64,000 nt of DNA. It comes from Macrostomum lignano (lineage: Eukaryota). Made by a program: the position numbers and the translations under genes. Positions 1 through 10,659 of the stretch are shown in pieces. Within the stretch, counting starts at the first letter, position 1, and each line of letters begins with the position of its first letter. The notes under the pieces are model-generated. The model had not been told where the DNA came from and made no database searches. It saw only the letters and a list, made by a program, of their open reading frames with translations. The stretch is taken from NCBI GenBank assembly GCA_002269645.1, contig NIVC01001959.1, positions 1 through 64,000 of the forward strand, in the 5' to 3' direction.

Positions 1-356
1 ATATTAGCAGATTGTAAATAACACCCACCTCTTCCCCCACTGCACAATGGCAGATTGTAAACAACACCCACCCCTTCCCCCACCGCACACTGGCAGATTG
101 TAAACAGCACCCAACCCTTCCCCCACCGCACACTGGCAGATTGTAAACAACACCCACCCCTTCCCCCACCGCACACTGGCAGATTGTAAACAACACAGCT
201 TCCCATGCAGCACACTGGCAGATTGTAAACAACACCCACGCCTTCCCACGCAGCACACTGGCAGATTGTAAACAACACCCACCCCTTCCTACGCAGCACA
301 TTGGCAGATTGTAAACAACACCCACCCCTTCCTACGCAGCACACTGGCAGATTGTA
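1..356. repeat. ~43-bp minisatellite (GGCAGATTGTAAACAACACCCACCCCTTCCCCCACCGCACACT), about 8 units, truncated by the window start
   Basis: Tandem units read directly; same unit as the array at 4517-5233. Confidence 0.95.
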
Positions 357-1096
357 AATGAAAGCCCCTTATCAACTACTGCACTCCATAGATTGTAGAA
401 CTGCAGATTGAAAATAAGATCGGTTTTGACGGAATTCGCACAAGAGACCAGTGCTTAAATCAAATACTTTCTATACTTAGCAGCAAAACTCCAAAGCTTT
501 GCATTTTTGCAATTTTTCTTTTCTAATTTTGAGTTTTGTTTTTCTTCCCTGTAGTGTTTCTATTGTCCCCAACAGCTAGTTATACATGTAGCTAGTGTTG
601 AAGCTGTTTTTATATCGACTGATCCTGAGCCGGAGAGCCACCATGGTACGTTCGCCATGCACTGTTGCTTCTGTAAGCGTGCAGACATTTGTGCAAAACA
701 TATCGCTTTAATCCCCATCCGGAACCCTTAATGCGCATTCCATTGATGCCACATTTGCATGTTCTTTATTGCTTTATTGCCATCAACGTATTTTGTTTCA
801 ATCCAATATATTGAACTATTGAAATCAGTGTACCTGTGTTAGAACAATATAATGTTTTTATTATTAGTCGGAATGTGCCATTCAAAGTCGGAAATACAAT
901 TCAACACGCTGGATCTAATTGCTTCTCATCTGTACTCAAATTGCCGCCTCTGCGTTGTGCATGCGCAGCGCATACTACTGGTAGTTTAACAAAAAATATT
1001 TATTTTGCTTTAACTGTACATAATACATATTATAGTATATTGTTTGGAAGTACACGGTAACTGTATTATATTATACAGTGTGTTTGAGCATGTGTG

Positions 1097-1379
1097 TGGT
1101 TCACTCACTTCCTGATTGGTTCACTCAACCCCCTCTAGCCCCGGGGAGGTTTTGATTTGAGTTTGGAGTAGGTGCGACGCCCCGACGTTAGGGGTAGGGC
1201 CGCCCTCAGCCCGACTGGTGTCGCCTGCTCGCTTGATGGCCACACAGTCCTCTTTAGCCTAGCTTAGAAACCTAGTGTACATTAGTACACTCCCAACATG
1301 GCCATCCTAATTCATTCCTAGTGGCGTAAGTACCTGTTCAATGGCTGAGGCGCCTTATTACTTATTTAGTTAGTAGTTA
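1097..1379 (+). mobile_element. Short retroposed insertion (SINE or 5'-truncated LINE 3' end) with an 11-bp target-site duplication
   Basis: GAGCATGTGTG at 1086-1096 and 1380-1390 flanks a more GC-rich 283-bp segment ending in a TTATTACTTATTTAGTTAGTAGTTA simple-repeat tail. Confidence 0.6.
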
Positions 1380-2593
1380 GAGCATGTGTGCGCATAGTTA
1401 GAGCATTGAAAAGATTAGATTTATATACACCCAACAACAGTCAAATATTCCACCCAACCAAGCAAAGAAATTTTTATGCACATTTTACGCTCGTACCATG
1501 CATTTTAAATGAGAAGTTTTCTCTCTAACTTCACTTGATTTGTACATGTGGAACTTTTGACTGTTTCTGAGTGTATGTATCGGCAAATAATATTCAGCTT
1601 TCAATAAAACTCTTAAATTTATTTGTAATGTACTGTAAGGGAAATCATACATCCAGGTTTTAACTTTGGAATCAATTTGTGCGAGCTATTAAGATAATTG
1701 TTGTCAGTAAGACAATGTTTGAAACGGCCACTGGACAATATAACATTTTTGCAAGCAATAAACGATAAAGTACATATAGTTTCACAGAGTTGTTAGCTTA
1801 GCGATAACTAAAAGAATACACATTATTATCAAATTACCCCACATATGTTATAGTAAATTAAACGACTCTTTTCGCTCCCGCAGAGCATCTTCAGGCATAT
1901 TTTTAGACGAAAAAATGAAAATTGATGAACAATTGTACCGTTGCACGTCTTTGGACCGCCGTCGCAGCTCCTTACTTAAGCAGAAGCTTTAAAAAAATAA
2001 ACTTGTAAATTACTCGTAGTAATCGAGAGCCGAGCCGCAACTGAATTGCTCAAAATTGCTCAACATGTATAGTTTTCTAAGCTGTAAACGGAAATGTAAA
2101 ACGATTTCGGAAATATAAATAAATGTTTTTGTAAAGCGCTAATAATAACACGTCGCCAGCAAATTATCAAAAGCAACTTAAGTCAAATTTACTTAAGAAA
2201 AGCGCTACTGTGCTCGCACTATAAAAAACTGCGCGATAATAAAAAGAAAGAAAACCTTTTTTCTAGTAAATTCGCTTATGTTCTTGTTTTAGAATAAAAT
2301 AATAGTTAAAAATCTTAAAAATGAAATATGTACTATTTATCGGGCGTTTTTCTATAGGAATTTAGTGGCTTTTGTTTTAATGTTTAAACTGTAGTGTTTA
2401 AAACAACATTTTTCGGCGAATTAACTAGTCAGCTGATCTGATCTGCTGACCGCTTACTGAAGTGCTATGCGTAAGGACGGTAGCTACTTTTTCTTGTTTA
2501 GTAGAAACTTATTACCAACAAATTAGATTCAGAATTTAATAGACAAACTGTGAGTCTGCGTTATATTGGATCACATATTATCTTTTCACATAA

Positions 2594-2785
2594 CAGGCGC
2601 GGATCCAGGAATTTCTTGAGGGGGGGCCAACTTTTTTCATACTGCCTCGAGTAGGAACCCACCCCAAGGCCCAAGCCCTTTCTTTACTTAGAAGGGGGCC
2701 AAAGGCCAAGAGCAGAATTTTTTTCGAGGCAGCTGAGGGGGGCCATGGCCCCCTTGCCCCCCCCCCCCCCGAGGATCCGCCACTG
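2594..2785. mobile_element. hAT-like MITE (~190 bp)
   Basis: Termini CAGGCGCGGATCC ... GGATCCGCCACTG are imperfect inverted repeats; 8-bp flanks TCACATAA/TCACAATT match 5/8. Confidence 0.65.
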
Positions 2786-3943
2786 TCACAATTTCTATCT
2801 AATATTTGAGATCTAGGATTAGGAATAGTCATGTAATGAAAAATTGGCTGAAATAACCGTATGATAAATATGATAAATAGTCATGTTTATACCTCATTCG
2901 CAGATCTTATTCTAGTTTAATAAAGCTTTTGATTATCAAACTTCTATGAGCTAATTTGCCTTTTAAGTATTATTGACTTTATACTTAATCTTAAGTTTCA
3001 TAATAAATTAAAACAATAAGTTTCATCAAATTGATCTAAAATAGGCCACTTTAATATTAAAATGTTAGAAATAATTCCAATTTGATATCTCTCTTTTTGA
3101 AATTAAATCAGTGTTATATTATATATGCAAGAAATATTTAGGATTAAATAATGAAACGAAAAATTATATGGGTTTTCCCAGATTATCGTTTCCTTCTGCC
3201 AACAGTTCAGGAAGACAACAAACAATGGACTTCGATGGTAACTTTCTCTGTGTGATCTCTAGAGTCACATTCTTAAACTTCAGGCGAGGATCTTTCCTCT
3301 TCAATCAGTATATTTTATAAGCTAGCACACTGTACGCAAGCAACGAGGAATAGGAGCAGTAGGGAGAGAGGGTGGGATTTCGAGGCCCAATAGGCAGTGT
3401 CAGTCAGAGGTTGTGCATGCATCACGCGAGGGTTGCATGGCTGGGCTTCTTGCTCGCCAATCATCAGGACTATTTTTAGGCATGCAGATCTTGTGCATCT
3501 GGGGAATTGCTGCCAAGGCTAGATGCTTGTTCACGCATCACACGCGTGTCAGCTGATTTCTCCCATCCTCTTGCTAATGGCGCCTTTGTTTCACTTCAAT
3601 AACTATACATATAAATATCATAAATAGATAATAGTATTGATAATATTATATAGAATTGCTTGTTAATAAAGTTATGAAGTTATAAAATAATATTTATATA
3701 ATTTGCTTATCTATATTATCCTATATTATAATATTGATCTGAGATTTATATCATAGAATAGCATATTTTATGCTCTTTATTGATTTTTTAGTTGGGTTTA
3801 AAGATTATCAATACTTTTAATAAACTTATCTATAAAAAAAGCTCTAATTCTGATATTTTGTATTGTATTTAGCATAGAATATATATTATTTATTAGTCTT
3901 GATCACCATGATTAATTTCAGTGAATTTAAATAAACTGACAGC

Positions 3944-6900
3944 ATGCCTTTTGTTGGACTTGACTGGCGCTCACCAGGAGATCAGTGGATAAAGACTGAT
4001 ACTGGCAACTGGGAACAAATGCGCCTGTGGCGAATCAAAATGTTTGACCATCTCAATGAAAGCACAATGCGAAGGTTTGTTTTTGAAATAGAATTCTATC
4101 AGTAAATTAGCTGCTTGTAAATCTCCATTGCTAATTGGCCAACCCGGTCTCCATCACCGCCAGGATGATTCGCAACTCTTTGTCAGCGAGCAGTGACTCG
4201 GCCAGCAGCCGCTGCCAGGCCGGCGAGTCCCACCAGTCCATTCGGCAGCCGCACGCGTTTGTCAAGCGAAATACAACGCGAGAGGTTCTTACAGATTAGG
4301 ACTTTTGTTGCTTGATTGGCTGTCTTCTAGAAGCATTCATTTTGTTAATTGTTATTAAAATTTGCAGAGCCTGGTGACAACTAGCATTAGCGATGTCTTC
4401 GCCCGCCTGGATATGGACGGCGGCTCAAGGATCTGCGCAGATTCCGCTACATCACTAAGGTGGGACATCTCGTCTGCTGTCCATTACTGTCACTCAATTT
4501 TGCCTGCTAACGCTGGAAGATTGTATGTAAACAACACCCACCCCTTCCTCCACCGCACACTGGCAGATTGTAAACAACACCCATCCCTTCCCCCACCGCA
4601 CACTGGCAGATTGTAAACAACACCCACCCCTTCCCCCACCGCACACTGGCAGATTGTAAACAACACCCACGCCTTCCCCCACCGCACACTGGCAGATTGT
4701 AAAAAACACCCACCCCTTCCCGCACCGCACACTGGCAGATTGTAAACAACATCCACCCTTTCCCCACCGCACACTGGCAGATTGTAAAAAACACCCACCC
4801 CTTCCCCCACCGCACACTGGCAGATTGTAAAAAACACCCACCCCTTCCCCCACCGCACACTGGCAGATTGTAAACAACACCCACCCCTTCCCCACTGCAC
4901 ACTGGCAGATTGTACACAACACCCAACCCTTCTCCCACAGATTGTAAACAACACCCACCCCTTCCCCCACCGCACACTTGCAGATTGTAAAAAACACCCA
5001 CCCCTTCCCCCACCGCACACTGGCAGATTGTAAACAACACCCACCCCTTCCCCACTGCACACTGGCAGATTGTACACAACACCCAACCCTTCTCCCACAG
5101 ATTGTAAACAACACCCACCCCTTCCCCCACTGCACACTGGCAGATTGTAAAAAACACCCACCCCTTCCCCCACCGCACACTGGCAGATTGTAAACAACAC
5201 CCACCCCTTCCCCACCGCACACTGGCAGATTGTCTCTCTGCTGATCGCAAACCGGCTACACCAGGTGTCCGGACGGGCGCAACTGCTGCTGGTCCAGCTG
5301 GCCAAACAGGCAGCTGAGCAGGCTCTGGCCAGCAAGATGTACATTGGTGTTGCCAGGTACGAGAGGCGCTATTTATATTCACTGTCCAACTCGCTTTAAT
5401 AAGGTCGTGTTGAAAGGGGTAAGGCAAGACCATGTAGCGCGCTTAGCACTGGAAGTTAAGCAATATTGGCCGGGGTTAGTACGGATATAAACATTCTGCA
5501 TGAATGCACAAGCAGTATCTGTAATTACAACGGGTCAGGTGTATGCATTGATCTATTGTGGGTACATTAAATCCAATTGAATTTTGCAGGCAGCTCGTGG
5601 AGGGCCTTCGCCGGTCGCTTGACGAGCACCGCTACGAGCACATCGGCAGCGAGGAGCTCTGGCGACGGCACCGAGAAGCCCTGGAGGAGATGCAGCAGTT
5701 GCTGGTAAGGTTCTAAAATTTTCGTTTCTAATTTAATATTTGCACTTTTGCTGTATTATTCTATCTTCGCTTCACTCAGTTTCACTGCATATTACTTCCA
5801 ATTTTGCTCCTTTGTTTGTCGCTCCCACTCTGACTCCCGGATTGGCACCCCTTCCCTCAATGTCACTCTCTTTCACTTTCACTCTCTTCCTCAGTGTCAC
5901 TCTTTCACAATACTCTCGTCCACAATATCACTCTCTTCGTCAATGTCACTCACTCTCTTCCACAATGTCACTCTCTTCCAAAATGTCACTCTCTTCCACA
6001 ATGTCACTCTCTTCCACAATGTCACTTTATCTTAACTTCACTCGCACCTTTCACTCGAATTTCAACTCTCTCACTGTCCCTGACTCCTTCATCAATGCTC
6101 AAACTCCTCTAAGCGGTGCTAAATTGCATCTCGCTCCCTCTCACTGCAGCAGGCCGGGACAGACGGCTCGTCGAGCGTTGCATCAGCAGCCACAGCTGCC
6201 ACAGCCCTGGACTCCGAGCTGGACCCCGACGCTGCCGGCGCGTCGCCGTTTGCCGCCAATCCGTTCGCCTCGATGCCGGCTGACTGCATCCGGCAGGTGC
6301 TGCGCCGTCTGGAAGATCCGGCCGACATCGAGCGGCTGGCTGGACTCGACCGCCGCCTGGCCGACCTGGCCAGCGAAGATCATCTGTGGAAGCGGCTGGT
6401 GCTGTTCCACTTCGCTGGCGGCTTCGGCGGCGGGATTGGCGGCACAGGCGCTGCCGCAGGCCGCTCTGTGTCGGCTGGTCCGGCGGTCACCTCAGTTGAC
6501 GACTGCAACTGGCCGAGTGTGTACAGGCGCCTGTTCAGACGGTACGGCGACTCGCAGCAGTTCTATCCGGTCAGCCTGCATCTGTGCCCCCGCTGCTCTT
6601 GTCTGTTCTGGCCGGTGAGCTCATTTTTGGGGGGGGGGGTTGCGGTTACTTGTGTTTAGGGGCGCCGCAGCTATACTACTCAGCTACTCAAAAGCCATCA
6701 AATATTTGAGTTGGCAAAGGTTTGTCTGAGAATCTATACAATGTACGAGAAATATTTAGAGGTGCGCATCTAATAGGTTACCCGCATTGATCCCCCGTGC
6801 CAGAACCTCGGCCATCCGTGCAACGTAGTCAGCTGCAACTCGGCTGACAGTCAGCAGGAGCAACAGCAGCAGCAGCAGGATCTTCAGGCTGGCGAGGCCA

Positions 6901-6959
6901 CCGAGACCAAGCCGCCAAAGCTAATCAGTCCGGAAGACTTTGTACGCTTCTTCTCCTAG
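3944..6959 (+). CDS. FBXO32: F-box protein, FBXO25/FBXO32 (atrogin-1/MAFbx) family; 7 coding exons; apparent -1 frameshift in exon 3
   Basis: Exons 3944-4074 (MPFVGLDWRSPGDQWIKT), 4164-4284 (QPHAFVKRNTTRE), 4368-4459 (FARLDM..KDLRRFRYITK), 5229-5356 (IVSLLIANRLHQVSGRAQ), 5590-5704 (GSEELWRRHRE), 6150-6614 (F-box MPADCIRQVLRRL..LWKRLVLFHF..LCPRCSCLFWP), 6804-6959 (GHPC..ISPEDFVRFFS*). All introns GT-AG. Phases are consistent except exon 3 (92 nt). Motifs match recalled FBXO32/25 (MPFLGQDWRSPG, RLDF..DxRRFNYV, CxxCxxLFW, GHPC, SPQDF). FBXO25 versus FBXO32 orthology cannot be resolved here. Confidence 0.9.
4517..5233. repeat. ~43-bp minisatellite filling F-box intron 3; last unit overlaps the splice acceptor
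   Basis: About 17 tandem units; the final GGCAG|ATTGT is the 3' splice site plus the first 5 nt of exon 4 (5229). Confidence 0.95.
5423..5486 (+). pseudogene. Degenerate 5S rRNA-derived fragment (pseudogene or 5S-derived SINE head)
   Basis: GCAAGACCAT...CACTGGAAGTTAAGCAATATTGGCCGGGGTTAGTACGGAT resembles the recalled 5S start (ACGACCAT) and internal control region (GAAGYTAAGCA...GGTTAGTACTTGGAT); internally deleted. Confidence 0.5.
5860..6025. repeat. 18-bp repeat (AATGTCACTCTCTTCCAC) in F-box intron 5
   Basis: Tandem units read directly, degenerate at the 5' side. Confidence 0.85.
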
Positions 6960-7050
6960 AAGAAAAACTGTTTGTTCTACAGTGTTTTTTGACAAGTTTT
7001 TGCACTTTTAGGTGTTTTTCTGCTTCTGTACGCCGCTGCTGTCGTTTACT

Positions 7051-7950
7051 GTGAGGGAGACATGGTGATACTGAGAGGGAGACATGGTGATACTGAGAGG
7101 GAGACATGGTGATACTGAGAGGGAGACATGGTGATACTGAGAGGGAGGCATGGTGATACTGAGAGGGAGACATGGTGATACTGAGAGGGAGACATGGTGA
7201 TACTCAGAGGGAGACATGGTGATACTGAGAGGGAGACATGGTGATACTGAGAGGGAGACATGGTGATACTGTGAGGGAGACATGGTGATACTGAGAGGGA
7301 GACATGGTGATACTCAGAGGGAGACATGGTGATACTCAGAGGGAGACATGGTGATACTGAGAGGGAGACATGGTGATACTCAGAGGGAGACATGGTGATA
7401 CTGAGAGGGAGACATGGTGATACTCAGAGGGAGACATGGTGATACTGAGAGGGAGACATGGTGATACTGAGAGGGAGACATGGTGATACTCAGAGGGAGA
7501 CATGGTGATACTGAGAGGGAGACATGGTGATACTCAGAGGGAGACATGGTGATACTGAGAGGGAGACATGGTGATACTCAGAGGGAGACATGGTGATACT
7601 GAGAGGGAGACATGGTGATACTGAGAGGGAGCCATGGTGATACTGAGAGGGAGACATGGTGATACTGAGAGGGAGACATGGTGATACTGAGAGGGAGACA
7701 TGGTGATACTGTGAGGGAGACATGGTGATACTGAGAGGGAGACATGGTGATACTGAGAGGGAGACATGGTGATACTGAGAGGGAGACATGGTGATACTGA
7801 GAGGGAGACATGGTGATACTGAGAGGGAGACATGGTGATACTGAGAGGGAGGCATGGTGATACTGAGAGGGAGACATGGTGATACTGAGAGGGAGACATG
7901 GTGATACTGAGAGGGAGGCATGGTGATACTGAGAGGGAGACATGGTGATA
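7051..7950. repeat. 22-bp minisatellite (GAGAGGGAGACATGGTGATACT), ~41 units
   Basis: Near-perfect tandem array starting about 90 nt after the F-box stop codon. Confidence 0.97.
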
Positions 7951-9906
7951 TTTCGGGTGGGTTGATGTAGTAGTGAGAGATCCATTAAGGCTTTTTCGCA
8001 GAACCAGGATCTTTTTACTCTGCAGAGCGACCTGACAATCTGAAAAATTACTGTACTAACTGCATGTCCACCGTTTAAACTAGATTCTTACCTTAAACTA
8101 ACCTAGTGACGTAGTCTATCCCTGATTTGGATTGGGTGGCACCGTGGCATCGATATGGTAATTTAAAACCCGCTTGTTTTTTCACTGTTGTTGATGAATC
8201 TTGTCAATAGTCACACCATCTGCATTTCCTCTCGAGATATTTAATCGTCACAAAAGCATTCATTACTCGATAGATTAGAAGTTTATTTACGAGCATATTT
8301 ATTAATAAGCTACTCTACATGTAGCTACATATAGCTGTGCAAATTCTTACTTTTTTCAGGTTTATTTATAACATTTTTAATAACAGTAAAAATAATTACT
8401 GCTAAGCGCCTTGTTCAAAGCTTCATTTGTGATATATTGTTGTACTGTTAAAATGCTGAACCATTTAAACATCTTAGTCATTTGATTTTTTTCTTTTTTT
8501 ACAGTCTAATCCAATTTAAGCACTTGTTATATACAGTATATTATAGTTTCACTAAATCTATTATTTGAGTGTTAATAGCATTTATTTTTTTGCGCGTGGG
8601 ATAGAAAAGTTAGGGGTGAGAGACTGAGTGAGGGACTGGCTTTAAAATCGATAAACAACCACCCCACTCCGAAAATGCGCTATAAAAAGTGATAAGCTGA
8701 TCCATTAGCACCAGCGGGAAAAGGAAAGTTAGGGGTAAGAGACTAAGTGAGGGACTGGCTTTAAGTCGATAAACAACCAACTCCATAGAGTCCAAACGTC
8801 TCTTACAGACGCTATGCCTATAGTAGGCTTAAGAGCTGGATAAAATAAAAAAACGCCTAATCCACGCGTTGAGAATTAATACAATTAACACCACTTCTTC
8901 TAAAGCGGACAGACACCAGATGATGTATTTCCATCACGAGCTAATATAATAAGATTATCGTAGCTAATCTAGTCTGTTTAGCAGGTTTTTTGCAGAGCTT
9001 CGCGATCACGATGACTGACTGACTGTTCCCTTCCGTTATTCATTGGGATCAAATATCACGACTCGTTTCTGTGATGCCTCTCTGAAATATTGACTTTAAA
9101 AGAATCTCTGTAAATTGTCTCGCATATCGATGTCATCTGTCATTCCTCAAACGCAAAAAGCTGTACCCATTCGCAGTGTTTTTTAATCCTTTGAAAATCT
9201 CAAAACTTCTTATTCAGATACGAGCTGTAAATATACACGAAATGCCAACCAGACGGCACCGAAACATTTCCTCGTACCATTTTTAACCGCTAGAGTGAAA
9301 CAAAAATTGACAAATAAATTTGTTTAAATCTTATTGAAAACAAGTTTTCAGTTTTATGTGTGCGAAACCTTAGTTTCTTCGCCTCATGAATTGATCAAGT
9401 TTAATTTTTTGGCAACTGACATAGGATATTAAGTGTAGCATTGGCAGTCCATCAATAATTAACAACACAATCTTTGAATTAATGATATGGATTTGCCTAA
9501 CAGGGAACAATATTAAGCAAATCAAGGGCTTGGCAATCGACTAGTGAAAGAAGCAAATTTGAAGCCAATCTAGTCAAAACTGGGCTTAAAGAAAAACAAA
9601 ACAGAGTACTCCACTAATAGGGAAATCCCACCGGATAAAGGTGAGCACGAGTGGGCCATAAAATTCGAATTAAATCCTTATCTAGCCAAAAACTTGACAA
9701 TGCCACATTCTTAAAAGAAACAAAGAACATGTCCAATATAGCTTTACTATAGCTTGTAAAAGCAAACTCAATCTGAGATTTTGACCTAAGGGCTAAGGCT
9801 TGATATCAAACTGTTTAGTCGGTTAAAACAAAAACACCAACTATTAATTAACCTAATATACCAGAAATTCATATGCATAAAAATTGTAATTTGTTTATCT
9901 CTAACA

Positions 9907-10548
9907 TGGATTATGGGCGATTGTGTGAGTGGATTATGGGCGATTCCGTGAGTGGATTATGGGCGATTCCGTGAGTGGATTATGGACGATTGTGAGAGTG
10001 GATTATGGGCGATTGTGAGAGTGGATTATGGACGATTGTGAGAGTGGATTATGGACGATTCTGTGAGTGGATTATGGGGGATTGTAAGAGTGGATTATGG
10101 GCGATTGTGAGAGTGGATTATGGACGATTGTGAGAGTGGATTATGGACGATTGTGAGAGTGGATTATGGGCGATTGTGAGAGTGGATTATGGACGATTGT
10201 GAGAGTGGATTATGGACGATTGTGAGAGTGGATTATGGACGATTGTAAGAGTGGATTATGGGGGATTATGAGAGTGGATTATGGGGGATTGTTGAGAGTG
10301 GAATATGGGGGATTGTTGAGAGTGGAATATGGGGGATTGTGAGGGTGGAATATGGGGGATTATGAGAGTGGATTATGGGGGATTGTTGAGAGTGGAATAT
10401 GGGGGATTGTGAGGGTGGAATATGGGGGATTATGAGAGTGGATTATGGGTGATTGTTGAGAGTGGAATATGGGGGATTGTGAGGGTGGATTATGGGGGAT
10501 TATGAGAGTGGATAATGGGCGATTCTGTGAGTGGATTATGGCTGATTC
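9907..10548. repeat. 23-bp minisatellite (GAGAGTGGATTATGGACGATTGT)
   Basis: Tandem units; variants change from left to right along the array. Confidence 0.95.
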
Positions 10549-10659
10549 TGCTTTTGGTTTAGGCGCAAAAGGAAGTTCTACAGAATCTCAAAACTGGTCA
10601 AAGTGCACATAGCAGACATGATACAGAAACTGACTGGAATCTCCGCATTACCAAGTTGC

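Noticed and set aside
5144-5228. Idea that an upstream repeat acceptor rescues the F-box exon 3 frameshift
   Set aside because: Entering a unit from the shifted frame gives AG|A TTG TAA, an immediate stop. The nearest unit is 42 nt and changes nothing, and the conserved DLRRFRY motif would be lost anyway.
7051-8024. Possible 3' UTR intron starting GTGAGG at the edge of the 22-bp array
   Set aside because: The same GTGAGGG variant recurs inside the array (7271, 7711), so it is a repeat variant; there is no other support.
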